Shown: positions 1 to 22,600 of the stretch, piece by piece
Layout of the letters: each line of letters begins with the position of its first letter
Position numbering within the stretch: position 1 is the stretch's first letter
DNA from: Hormiphora californensis
Lineage: Eukaryota; Animalia; Ctenophora
Direction: 5' to 3'
DNA: 64,000 bases
NCBI GenBank assembly: GCA_020137815.1
Contig: CM035350.1
Span: 6,138,001 to 6,202,000 of the forward strand
The notes under the pieces: model-generated
Databases searched by the model: none
The model's input: the letters and a program-made list of their open reading frames with translations, nothing else
Told to the model about the DNA's origin: nothing
Made by a program: the position numbers and the translations under genes

Positions 1-2050
1 TTTGGGGGGGGGGCCCCCAAAAAACCCCGGGGGGGAAAAAAATTTTTTAAACTCCCCCCCCCTTTTTTTGGGGGGGGTTTAAATTTTTTTTTTTTTGGGG
101 GGTTTTTTTTTTTGGGGGGCCCCCAAAAAAAATTCCCCCCCCCCCACATTCGGCCCCCCCGGGGGCCCGGTTTTTAAAAAGGGGGGGCCCCCCCAACCCT
201 TTTTTAAAAAAATTTTTTTTTTTAAAAAAAAAAAAAAATTTTTTTTCCCCGGGGGCCCCCCCCCCCAAAAACTTTAAAGGGTTTTTAAAAAGGGGGGTTT
301 CCCCCCCAAAAAAGGGGCCCCAAATTTTTTTTTCCCCAAACCCCCCCCCCCCTTTTTTTTGGGGTTTTAAAAAAAAAGGGTTTCCAGTTTTTTTTTTTAA
401 ACCTTTTATTTTTTTTAATTTTTTTTTAAAGGGGGGGGGTTTTTTTTTTTTGGGGGTTAAAAAAACCCCCCCTTTTTTTTTTTTGGGGGGGGGGGGGGGG
501 GCCCCCCTTTTCGGTTTTTAAAAAATTTTTCCTTTGGAACCCCCCTTTTGGTTTTTGGGGGGAAAACCCCCCTTTTTTTAAAAAATTTTTTTAAAATTTA
601 AATTTAAGGGGGGCCCCCCAAAAAAAAAATTTTTTTAAAAAAAAAAAGGGGGGAAAAAAAACCCCCCCAAAAACCCAAAATATAAAAAATTTTTTTTTTA
701 AAAAAAATTTTTTTTTTTTTTGGGGGGGGAAAAAAAACCCCCCCCAAAATAAAAAAAAAGGGGCCCCCGGGGGGCCCCCTTTTTGGGTTTTAAAAAAGGG
801 GGGGAAAAAAAAAAAGGGGGGGAAAAAAAATTAAAAAAAAAAGGGGAATTTTTAAAACAAAAAAAAATGTCCCCCAAAAAAGGGTTTAAAAATTTGGTTT
901 TTAAAATTTTTTTTTTTTTAAAAAAAACCCGGGGGGAAAAAAATTTTTTTTTTTTAAAAAAACCCCCCAAAAATTTTCCTTAAAAAAATTTTTTTTTTTT
1001 TTGGCCCCTTTTTTAAAAAAAATTTTTTTTGGGGGGGAATTGCCAAAAAAAAGGGGGGGAAAAAAATTTTTTTAAAAAAAAGGGGGGAAAAAATTTTTAA
1101 AAAATTTTTTCCCCAAAGGGGGCCTCGGGAAAAAAAAAAAAAAAGGGGGGGGGGGGAAAAAAAAAAAAAATTTTTTAAAAAAATTTTTTTAAAAAAAAAG
1201 GGAACCTTTTTTTAAAGGTAAAAAAAAAAATTTTTTAAAAAAAATTTTTTTTTTAAAAAACCCCCCCCCCCCTTTAAATTTTTTTTTTCCCCCCCCCCCC
1301 CCCCCCTTTTTTGGGGCCAGGGGGGGGGGGGGCCCCCCCGGGGGGAAAAAAAAGGGAAAAAAAAAAAGGAAAAAGGGAAAAAAAAAAAAAAAAAAAGGGG
1401 GAAGGGGGGGGGCCCCTAAAAATTTTCAAAAAAAATTTTTTTTGGGGGTCGGGAAAAAAGGGGGAAAAGGGTTTTTAAAAAAAAAAAAAATTTTTTTTAA
1501 AAAAAAAAGGGGGAAGGGGGGGGTTTTAAAAAGGGGGGAATTTCAATTTTAAAGAAGGGGTTTTTTTAACCCCCCCCCCCCCCCCCTTTTGGTTTTTCCC
1601 AAAAAATTTTTTTGGTTTTTAATTTTTGGGTTTTTTTGGGGGGGAAATTTTAAAAAAAAGGGGGTTTTTTTGGGGGCCCCCCCCCTTTTCCCCCCCAAAT
1701 TTTTTTAAAACCCTTTTTTCGGGGGGGCCCTAAAAAAACCCCAAAAATTTTTTTGGGGGGGGGTTTCCCCAATTTTGGGAAAATTTTTTTTGGGGGGGCC
1801 CAAAAAAAAAAAAATTTTTTTCCCCCCCCCAAAAAGGGGAAAAGGGGGGGGGTTTTTAAAAAAAAGGGGAAAAAAAAAAAAAAAGGGGGGAAATTGGGGG
1901 GGGGGTTTCCCTTTTAAAATTTTTCCAGGGAAAATTTTTAAAACCCTTTTTAAAGGGGGTTTTGGGGGTTAAGGGGGGGGAAAAATAAAACCCCCCCCAA
2001 AAAAAAATTTTTTTCCCCCCCCCCCTTTCCCCCCCCCAAAAAAAGGGCCC
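1..2050. other. Low-quality / artefactual homopolymer-run sequence
   Basis: Almost entirely runs of A, T, G and C with no periodicity. Switches abruptly to normal sequence at about 2050. ORFs here are K/F/G/P artefacts. Confidence 0.9.
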
Positions 2051-2154
2051 CCATGGACATGGATAAATGCATATATATGATAATAAGTTAAGGTTTGAGA
2101 ATACACAAACTTTGCCCCCACCCCCCTCCGCTTCCCCTGATTGACTAATTACAG

Positions 2155-11368
<9,214 letters not shown>

Positions 11369-11583
11369 GACAATAAGAGAGATCCTTTTTAAAGATTATT
11401 TATATGTTATTCCCGTTACTTGAGTAACACTTCACATCTGAACCATGGAGAAAAGAGTTTTGTTCTTCGTATAACATCTTCTTCTCACACTCTGCCATAA
11501 AATATTTTATTCGCTGCAATACTGTTTGGCGCGGCGCGGCGTTTCAAATGAATTTTCATGGCTTTACAAAATTAAACAAAAAA

Positions 11584-12366
11584 GGGGCGCCGTTACGATC
11601 TGGGTGTTTGGAGGGGGCGCGATTATAATCTGGGTGCCTTGCAGCCTGTTTACAGGTGCGCGCTGCCAAAAGAGTATACTTAGACCGACTTTTTTCAAAC
11701 GGCTATAGCCATGGAACCACATGGCCGATTTGTGTAAACTATACGGTATCAGTTAGAAAATCGATAGCCCTAACCGGTAACCCCAAACCAAACCCTAACC
11801 AGACCCTAACGGCTAACGGATAGCCCTAACCCGTCGCGCGCGCCAAAACTACGAATTGTTAGCAATGAAAGGCACCCAGATTTTAACGTTTTCCGTTTGG
11901 AGGCCTGTTTAGGCCAGCGTTAAAATCTGGGTGTTTTGGGAGTGCTGACAAACGGTTTTTTAGGGTTAGGGCTAAAGTAGGGTTAGGGTTTGGGTTGGGG
12001 TTAGGCCTTGATATTCCCTACCAGATAAACTTTGAATCAGCCAAAACGGTTGAGTGGTTTGGCTGATTCAAAGTTTATCTGGTAGGGAATGTCAAGGCCT
12101 AACCCCAACCCAAACCCCAACCCTAACCCTACTTTAGCCCTAACCCTAAAAAACCGTTTGTCAGCACTCCCAAAACACCCAGATTTTAACGCTGGCCCAA
12201 AAAAAGTCCTGGCCATAGCTTGTTTTGTGGGACGCGGTAAGGGTAAAGGGAGAGCTCGCAGCCCCTTGGTCCTGCTTGTGGGCCGTGGGGGTTTCACGCC
12301 AGACGGTGGGCGCCGTTACGATCTGGGTGTTTCGTGGCCTATTTACAGGTGCGCGCTGCCAAAAAA
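11584..12366. repeat. Composite repeat: direct-repeat flanks around a foldback with telomere-like motifs
   Basis: GGGCGCCGTTACGATCTGGGTGTTT...TTTACAGGTGCGCGCTGCCAAAA at about 11585-11672 and 12308-12366. Near-perfect palindrome about 11912-12197 containing TTAGGG/CCCTAA variants. Confidence 0.8.
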
Positions 12367-14391
12367 GTTGATTCACTAAATTCTGTCACCTGTAAGTCTC
12401 ATGGATTATGGAAGCTACTGGTCACTGGAGGGGCCAGCCACCAGGGCGAAGGCTTTGAACTATTTTATAATTTACGAACCGCTATTGGGTATTGGTAACG
12501 AAGTTACCCCTCTGTCGAGGGGTAACAGAACCGCCTACCCGTTTTTAAGTAAATTCCTTAAAAAGTATCGCTGACACGTCCAGGCATGGCACCCCACCCC
12601 ACAATTACTCTAATATTTACGGCGCGACTGTCGCCAGGCGCGGTTTCACAGTCCAATTTTAGGCTTCCAATCCTGTTTTTTGACCAACTGAAATTTCACG
12701 GCCAAACTGTTATGTGACTAAGGAACTGAATGTTGGATTGATTTATGCTACGATTGGGTTTTGTGCCTGTTTACGTACGCGCTGCCAGTGATCCTAAATG
12801 GCTAACGCAACCCTCACGTTTTGGTAATTCAAATACTGTGGGAAGTCAAGGCCAACCCACCGAACTATTTGCAACAACCCTAACGTTTCGATCACACTCA
12901 AACACAGTGTAACGATGGCGATGATAAATTAACCGACCAACAGGACAATCTTGGGAAATTTCTGGCTTTGACCAAGTTACCCATGTGCTTATGGTTCGAC
13001 AGCGCAGGTACTCCATTTGAAAATATGAACGTTCTGTGTGTACACCCTCTCCATATGGGTTCGTCGGCCACGTTGCAGCGTCCCGCATGTAGGTGACATG
13101 GATATGAAGCCTGAATAGGGGCAGCACCAGGCGAAGTTATGAAAAATTTCTGCAACTATGAAACCGATGTTGAAAATGAATTGTGGATTTAAAAGTTCTG
13201 TCTGAAATGAAAAAAAAACGTAAATTGGTGGTTTGTTAAGGGGTAGTTTTAATAGTTGAAACATTTGTCGATTTGGGGCTGTGACTAGTCGTTCGTTTTG
13301 AACATAACGGTATTTGTCCCTTTACTCTTAGACCATTACCTTGTAGTAGGGTGAATTTATTTAGCAAGGCTTGCGTTAATGTATTGATCATATCCGGTTC
13401 TGATGGATAGACTATCATGTTGCTTGGAAATTTGTAAAGTTGAAAATTGCTAGCCGGTAGTTCATTCCTATAATACAACTAGGTTGAATCATCCAGAGCC
13501 TATCAGCAGGTTTGCTCCAGAGCTCCTTATTTTGCATACCAAAGAAATGATAATTGATTCGGTCTCCTCAGTCCTCAATCATTCGAATGGCCGGCTCCAA
13601 ATCACTTGGGATATTATTGAAAACGTTTCACTTTTCATCATCATTCAAGCATCAAGGGTCAGCAATCTTATCCTCAGCTACAACTTAAAAGCTTAGTTAA
13701 GTACTTCAATAAAAAACGCCCATTTCACAACAAACTACAATTTTTTCCCATCCCCTGTTCAGCTAGGGTAAACATTATCCTTGGAAACAATTCATTATTA
13801 TGCATGCTCCACCAATTAATTAGTTATGCTTGCCAGGTATTTCTCGATCTGCTCCTTTTCGTTATAATCCAATTGTCTTTAAAGTCACTCTTGGAGTTCT
13901 GTCTTTCATTTGTGCAATTCTACGAGATTAGAAGTCGTTTTCCGTGGGGTATTTTCACTCACTAAGGGGCACGTGTACTGGAGTTGTACATGAAAATTAA
14001 TGAGCAACAAGAGTTACCACGTGCCCCATTATCTCTTCTCACCCCCCCCCCTCACCTCACCCCCTCACCATTGGATATAATTGCAAGGGCCTGTTAGAAG
14101 AGGGGAAGAAAGGCTCTCCTAGACAGCAGATGCAGCAGTAACTCGGTATCGAATTAGCCGCCTTGTTTCGTTACCCCGTCACCATGGCAACTGAGGAGGG
14201 AGCTCCGAGCTGGGTTTATAATTTTGAAATCTTACACCCAATGATAAAGACACGCACTCTCCCCCTCTCTCTCTCTCTCTCTCGCTCCCTCTCCTTTCCT
14301 CTCTATCTAGTCTCCCTACAACTTTACTCGCATAACCGTACTTCGCATTTTACCCTGTGTTTGAGTTTGTCATTCTCTGTGTGAGAGGAGC

Positions 14392-15318
14392 ATGAAGTTC
14401 TTTGTCATTCGTGGAGGGGCCAAGAGATTTGCACCCCGACAACCAACACCTGCAGCAGCTGGTGAGGTCTCCTCCTGTCGCCCAGGTAACCAAAACATAA
14501 ATGCTGCTGAGATCATGCAGGAGAGATCATGATCGAGAGAGAAAAATAGAAATGAAAAGTAAGAGCCGAGAGAGACTGAGAGAGATGTTAGCTGAGAATG
14601 ATAGATCCAGGGTATATGATGAGTTCTCAAGTTCCCAATTGCTGAGTGAGCTGCAAACCAATTGCATCAGTCTCTCTCTATTCTCTCACGGTGCACGTGA
14701 CACACACCACGTGACATGTGACAGGGTAACAAGGCAGTATGTGACCTCATCATAACATGCTAACGGCTCTCTCACTGCTCCACTACAAATACAGAACCTG
14801 GATCAACAACCACCGATATTATATCTCAGTAGCAGTAGTACTTGTCATGTTTTGGTTAGATCGTCCCGAGTTTTCGTTACTCCCCGCGGCCGAGGAAGAG
14901 GAGGGTCCATCCTCCACTCCTGATATGTCCTACATGGACGTCCTTCAACAGCACACCAGTTCGTCAGATGACAGTGACCGTGGATCACCTCTCGGAGACT
15001 CTCCTTTCTGGAGAGAGGATGTGTCTTCTGGGGAACCACCAGATACCACTCAGAGTAAGTTGTCTTTTTGAAGAACTATCTGTTCTTGTCTCCGAGCTCC
15101 TCTAGTGTTGTTGTGTTCAAACCCGGGCAGGGAGGGTCGAACAAGGCAACTGTAGTGTTACGAATGGGAAGTGGTGAACGGTTCAACCCAACACACAGTT
15201 CTGGTGTCATTAGTTAGCCGCTGCATTGGGGTGTTGTCTGGGGTTGGGTTCTATGATCATCTAGCTACCCGGACCCCCAACAGAGAATACACCATGGCCG
15301 TTACAGCTTCTCTCTCAC

Positions 15319-15393
<75 letters not shown>

Positions 15394-17474
15394 GCTTGTC
15401 GAGAATGTTATGGTAACGTAGTGCATGTGATACAAGCTATTTAACTTGCACACACCTCCCTCTCTCTCTCTCTGTCCGAAAGTGAGAGCAGCAGTTGTAG
15501 TCACTTCTTCGTTAGTGCCTCTCTCGGTTACAAATCTCTCAGCTGCAGTAGTGACTCCGTCTTCTTTGTAATAATATGCATCGTTCCATTTCCTCTTCAT
15601 CATCATCGCCTCCCAATGATATCTTCACCAACTTCTGGGAGGAAGAAGGTAACTTATACACCCCCCCAACTAATGTACATCTCCTCAGCAATCAACATGA
15701 GACACATGATTTGTAGGAGGAGACAACCCCTCCCCTCCCCCACTTAACAAAATGTGACAGATTGATCTGCACCCATTTGCAGTCTTTAGGGCAATTTACA
15801 CAAAAACCACCTGTTGTTCACCGTTTAGTTTCTCCTGCACATGTAATGCCAGTCACCACTACGTCAGTTTTTGTTGTCATTCCCGACTAGCATTATGACT
15901 AGGACTGTCTGTATACCATTTTAAACCATCTACTAACTAGTCTGGAATGGGTCAACCTGGTAAACAATAGCGTTCATGTGTGTTAGTAGACTACACCATG
16001 AAGCACTCTTTTGGTTCGTTAACAAAACCTTCTCGTAATTATTAATAGTGCCCTCCTCCTTCTCCTCTTCACCATTCAAATGTGCCCTATACAAGTCCAA
16101 TAGTTCACCAACCTCGACTGACAGTGTGTTTACACTCCGGTCTATTCTTTGAGATGCCGTCATCATATTTAATTAGAAAAGCTGGTTTATAAAACAATAT
16201 GCGATTGTTTTGTCTTCTGTGGCATTTTCCTTCAAGTGCAATAGATCACCAGATTAGATGATGTGGAATAACGTTGTCCGATGTTTTTAAAAGTCCTCAC
16301 AATCAGTGTCAAATAATACGAGCTCACACCATCGTATTTTGGTGGATTTTATTTAACTCCACAACTCGCTAACTATAACGGCGAGACAGGTTGTTACTGA
16401 ATACTGGTTAGCTGGTACATATTATAACTGCACTCCTTCAAAACCAATGCCCTCGATTTTACTATTTTACCACGGGGCGTGTGCCATATTTTAAACACAT
16501 TTTATCTGCCATGTTTTACTAAATCCCATTTCTAACCTGTGTAGAGATGCACGAGCGTGGTACTGACCAGGTGGAGTCGTCAATGCCAAGTTACCAGGAG
16601 CTGCTACAATTCTATCGACTCAATAGATCGCGGTGCAACAGTTCTGACACATGCCAGTCTTCTCAGGTAGGAGATAGTATACTATTTGTAGTTGCTCATG
16701 TGCTTTGTTTGTTATTTTCCTTCGTTATTGCTTCTCATGGCAACCGATAGTGGAGCTCAGACCTCAGTAAAATGATCGGACAATACAAACACTGTTGCCA
16801 TGACAACCTTCTAATACCCCCTACTGTGCTGACGTAGCTCTCGAAGCTTCTCTTTCTTACTCACTCTCGCTCTTTATTTCCCTCTTCTTATTCTTTTCCT
16901 CCATTCAGTTTTGCTCGGATGAGGGTCACAGCCAGGGAACAATTGAACAGCACAAGCCCGAGAAAATGATGCCCCGAACACAACACAATTTCCCCCAAAA
17001 ATACCAACTGTCACCTGGTCTCCCCTGGTCCGAGTCATACCTTAAATTAATGGTGAGTAGAATGAAGATGTTTTTAGGTTCCAAATGTCGTTCTTTGTGC
17101 TACTATTAGTGTTACTATTAGTGAGACAAGCTTATATTTTCTCATGCGAGTTCCCAGTTGTATGTTAGTTGTGTGTGTTACTACCAGGAGCAACTTGGTA
17201 ACATGCATCAACCCCCCTCCACCCTGAGCCCCTTTATATTGTGTGTCAATTTGTCCCTGGAACCAGTGTGTGAGTGATATTATGAGTGACAACTCTCATG
17301 ACCCCATCCACCAATGAACCCCCTCTAAAACACCGTTATACACACAGTCAGTTGTACACTCGCACCCCTCCCATTTCACCAGCACTCTCTCAGTGTTGTC
17401 CGTTGGGGGCGACATGCATCACAAGCATTTGTTCAGAAACATGATGTGTTGAGAGAGAGAGAGAGAGAGAGGGG

Positions 17475-17509
<35 letters not shown>

Positions 17510-18412
17510 GGGGGAGAGAGAGATCAGTGGCTACCATTGGTCCGTCTGTGTGTTGTACCACACTGGATGATAGCAGCAGCTGCTAGCGTTGCCGTGGTAA
17601 CACACAACTCCCGTTATTCATTACCCTTTTCTCTCTAGAGTCGTGTTCCCTTTCTATCCCCTCTATTTTTAGTGACCAGGTGCCCCCTTTTTTCACCATA
17701 TTTACATTATCAACCCCCAGGAGAAAATAGGAGACATAACTCAGGTACTGTGGGGAAGTGGGTTGGAGTACAGGGTATATAGTAAAGTTGAGAAGCTACT
17801 GTATAACACGGTGGAGGAGCTTTACCCTGAAGTCATGGACTACCGACAGGAATTTATCAAGTAAGTAACCTGTCATCAGAAATATTGAGGGTTTTTTTTG
17901 TGAAAACTGTAAATTTGGTTATTCGTTAGTATAGTTATTGTTCAGGATGTTAGGATTAGGTTTTCGATTGACCGCGGAGTTGTTTTTCGAGTGGTTGGGG
18001 TATATTGTAAATTTTGAGGGTGTACCATTACTGTTCCACCTATCCTAAAGAAGTTAGGACAGAGAGTGAGAGTGACAGAGAGTCAACAGAGTGACCTGGT
18101 ATTAGCTGTGGGCCGATCCTCTCTCTCCCTCTTTCCGATCCTCTCTAGCTTTCATTATTATAATACCTGTCCCAAAGCTCCCAATAAAATGTCAGATTTA
18201 GGTGTACACCTGTCCAGACTGCAATAGTGCAAAATGTGTGTATGATTCAGAGGTAAAGTTCTTCCCATGTCTTTAGTGTCTCGACTGCTACCCCCCCCCC
18301 CTCTCACGCCCCCTGGGAAGGGGGTAATCAAGAAATTGTAAATCATGTAAACACCTAGCAATGTGGTTTGCTAATTAATGCGTTGGGAACATATTTTAAG
18401 CGGGGTTAAATC

Positions 18413-18463
<51 letters not shown>

Positions 18464-19020
18464 TGAGAGAGAACTGCGAAAGTTAGGGTAACCATACAAG
18501 GCTTAATCGGTAACAGCAATGGTGTAGTTGTGTGTTGCGTTTTTCAATGGCTATCATCGAAGGAAATTTGAGTGCAAATCTCTTTCCTTCGACCCCTACA
18601 TAATATGTAGTTATTATTCTCTATTCTCCAGACAAACATTCAGTCACCCATGGGGGCCATACCAATCAAACAATTCACGATGGATCGATATTTTATTTCC
18701 CATGTACATTTGCTACATCTGTTATCAATTTAGAAAATAGAACCGGAGAGAGGGAGAGAGAGGAGTCATTTCTCGCATGCATCAAATGCTCCTGTACTGG
18801 GCTCTTGGGTGTCCGTCGGTCCGTATGGATGAAAGTATAGAGTTTCTTTTTTTCTTCTCTCTCTCTCTCTCTCTCTCAGATAGCTCTCCTCTCCAGCATC
18901 TGCTCGAGAAAGAGAGCGACTCGGAGAGAGAGAGGGATAGAGTTGAGAGAGCGGGCAGAGCTTTACTCTCTCTCTCTCTCTCTCTCCTCGCTCTCCCTCT
19001 CTCTCTTATCCTTTATCTCT

Positions 19021-19078
<58 letters not shown>

Positions 19079-19631
19079 AACCCCCTCTCTCCATTCATTA
19101 ACTCCTCTCTTTCTGACTCTAAGAGAGTGTAGGTTCCACTTAAACCATTAGCTACCGCCTCTATACGACCTTAATTGGTCTCCGTTTCCATAGATACGCT
19201 GGTAATAAACAGTGATTTAGCATCGGAAGAAGAAGAGAGAGGGAGAGAGAGGGAAAGAGAGAGAGAGAGGGAAAGAGAGAGAGAGGGAAAGAGAGATAGA
19301 GAGATGGAGGCTAAGTAAAATGGGTACGGTGATGCACGAAGTACAACCCAGTTAAGTGGTAGCAAGCTGAACTAATGGCGTCATCGAAAAAAGGTCCAAG
19401 TCTATAGTCTATTCGCTAGAAATTCGCCATCCTATTTCGTCGGTAATTGCTCTCCCACTCCGTGATGTATGGGAACTGTGGTCATTTCTTTTTGTGTTAC
19501 TCAACTAAGCAGTATTGTAGGACAATTGACGAAGGATAAAACTCTCCCAACCAGCCCCCCCCCCCCATGTGTGGTGTGTGTGTGTGTGTGGGTATGTTGT
19601 CGAATGTTGTCATAGTAACGTCCCAAGAGCG

Positions 19632-19666
<35 letters not shown>

Positions 19667-22600
19667 GGTGAGAGAGAGGGGGCCTGTAAGTCATTATCAA
19701 GTATCAGGTTATATATTGTGACGGTGTGAGAGGTTGCTATGGTAACAGTCCACCGAGAAAGAGAGAGAAAGTAAAGGAACGAAGGAGAGAACAACCGGGT
19801 GTTTACACATCACATTTTAAAGTTACCGCGCTCCTTTTTCCCTCTCTCCTCCTCCTAGTCCCCAGAGACAGGTGCTGCAGTAATTTAGTGACAACTCAGA
19901 ACATTCAATTCTACAGTTCTACCATGTTAAAGGCAATTCAGTAACATGTTGCTGGTAACTGACAACTAGTAACGATGCCCAAATTAATTAGAAAAACTAC
20001 ATTTTCTGGGTATTGGTAGTTTTGTAAAATCTGCTGCTGCTGTCTCTCGACTACTCAGCTCTTTTTACTACATCTTCGTGTAAGCGCCCCCCACATCGCT
20101 TCCATTAATCAACCCATCTCACGGTACACACACAAAGCTTGTATCAAGTCTTTGCAGTTCCCAGTTAACACCACACTTCCAACAAAACATTGATGGGGGT
20201 GGGATTGGGAAGGAAACCTACCATGATTCGAGAACAGTGTGACAGAAAGTGGGACAGGAGAGAGTTTGACAAGATTCGCCAGGAATTTCCCGCGTCGTGT
20301 GTAGCGCGCTTCCAATGGTCTGATTAAAGTATCCGAGTGTCAGCAGCCACTGTAGTAGAAAGCGCGCAGCATCGCGCGCGTTCTACCCCTTCTCAATCAA
20401 AATCTCCGAATCTGTCACATAACCAAGATTGAATTGAATGTTATTATAATTATTAAGGGTACGCTAACCAAAAATTTTTTTCGAGTGCAGGGAAATCTCT
20501 CACCGTAGGGTTGTAGGCCATGACAAGGAGACCTCAAATATGCAATTTGAGCTCTCAAGTCGAATTCATATTTTTGCTACAGCTATTTAAAAAATTTCCT
20601 GTAAATACGTTTTTGGCATCTCAAAAATTTTTTTTAAAAGATAGGAGCATGAAAATTTGGGGATTTGAAGAGGACATGAAGGGGAATAACCACAAAAAAA
20701 TTTTTTGCAATCCGAGCTGATTTCCGGTCCTGAGATGGATTTCTTTTTTTCCACTTTAACGCCCTATTTGGCAAAGTTCCGAAAACATGTGAAAGCTGTA
20801 AATTGGTGAAAAGTTGCGTCTAACGATTATCTAAGTGGCCATAAATTTTGGGCGTGTCCTTATTTGAAATAAGATGTACAGAGTTTTTTTTGTGAAAGCC
20901 GTCATTTCAGAAACAAATAAATTCCCTGTATCTCAAAAACGGCTGATCGTAGAGACCTGAGACTATGCTTAAACGATTCAGAAGGTCCGATTTTGGGGGG
21001 GTCTTCTGAGAGACATTTTGCTCCTACTTCAACCGTTTTTGCTGTAATTGCGAAAAACAAAAACCCATCTTCGCCATCGTGGATTTTTTGTGATTTTGTT
21101 TTTGGTGATTATAGGGACCCATATGGACCAAATAGTGAAGGAATTAGCTTGTTACACATTTTTCCATAGTTTCGGTCCTTTCTTAGCCAAAATTCCCTAA
21201 TTACAGGATATTGGAGTTTAGCTCTTGCCCTTTCCATAGAATTTGTTTTTCGCAATTACAGCAAAAACGGTTGAAGTAGGAGCAAAATGTCTCTCAGAAG
21301 ACCCCCCCAAAATCGGACCTTCTGAATCGTTTAAGCATAGTCTCAGGTCTCTACGATCAGCCGTTTTTGAGATACAGGGAATTTATTTATTTCTGAAATG
21401 ACGGCTTTCACAAAAAAAACTCTGTACATCTTATTTCAAATAAGGACACGCCCAAAATTTATGGCCACTTAGATAATCGTTAGACGCAACTTTTCACCAA
21501 TTTACTGCTTTCACATGTTTTCGGAACTTTGCCAAATAGGGCGTTAAAGTGGAAAAAAAGAAATCCATCTCAGGACCGGAAATCAGCTCGGATTGCAAAA
21601 AAATTTTTTGTGGTTATTCCCCTTCATGTCCTCTTCAAATCCCCAAATTTTCATGCTCCTATCTTTTAAAAAAAATTTTTGAGATGCCAAAAACGTATTT
21701 ACAGGACATTTTTTAAATAGCTGTAGCAAAAATATGAATTCGACTTGAGAGCTCAAATTGCATATTTGAGGTCTCCTTGTCATGGCCTACAACCCTACGG
21801 TGAGAGATTTCCCTGCACTCGAAAAAAATTTTTGGTTAGCGTACCCTTAACCCGTCTCTCCTTTTCAGGGACGTGTGCATTATCCCAGAAACACTGAGCC
21901 CATATCCCCGAAACAAGCCCAAGACAAAATCTAAGAAGAAAGAGGCTAAGTTGAAGGAGAAGATTAGGACTGGAGTGAAAGCTGCAACAATACTACCACA
22001 CCACCGGGCATTGGGCAGAGCTCCTCTCAAGAGGCCACAGCACTCAGATGGCATTTATCAGTGTGAATACTGCCCCAGAACATTCCCCACTCCCCAAGGT
22101 AGGTTCCACCTGAGTCTTGACCCTTTCTCGCCACAATTTTGTCTCAGTAAAGTCTCTGTAATATCTGTAAAGTCTCTGAATAACTTTACTTCGAGTCACT
22201 TTCTCCCTGCCTTCGAGTTTTCAATATTTCTTCACTGCAGGTATCCAGTCGCACATCACCCTATCACATGCTAACATGCAAACAGAAGAGGAGTTTGATC
22301 GGTCAACGGGAATGCACAAATGCCAGTTCTGCAGGCGTCTATTCCCCCAGGTAGATACAAATAACATTTTATTAAAACATGGTACAAGGACATCCACCGT
22401 TTACTTAGAATCAGTCCCCTTCCGACCTGTCAGGCCAATGCTCTGACAGCTTCCAACAGCCCCCTCCAACGTATGAGCCTATAAATATCAACCCTTCACT
22501 TACAGGAACACGGACTAAAGACGCACATTTCCTGTACCCATCTCCAGAAAGTTTACAAGTGCCCTGAATGTGGGAAAGGATTCCCTAAGAAATATGCCAT

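Noticed and set aside
47-1972. K/F/G/P-rich ORFs
   Set aside because: Translations of artefactual homopolymer runs.
11768-12150. True telomere or chromosome-fusion site
   Set aside because: Only a few degenerate TTAGGG units within a repeat-like palindrome.
15933-16166. 77-aa minus-strand ORF as another nested gene
   Set aside because: No recognisable motif, in-frame stop just upstream and no supporting exon structure.
20520-21783. Two near-identical 66-aa ORFs
   Set aside because: Mirror-image products of the foldback arms; no coding signature.
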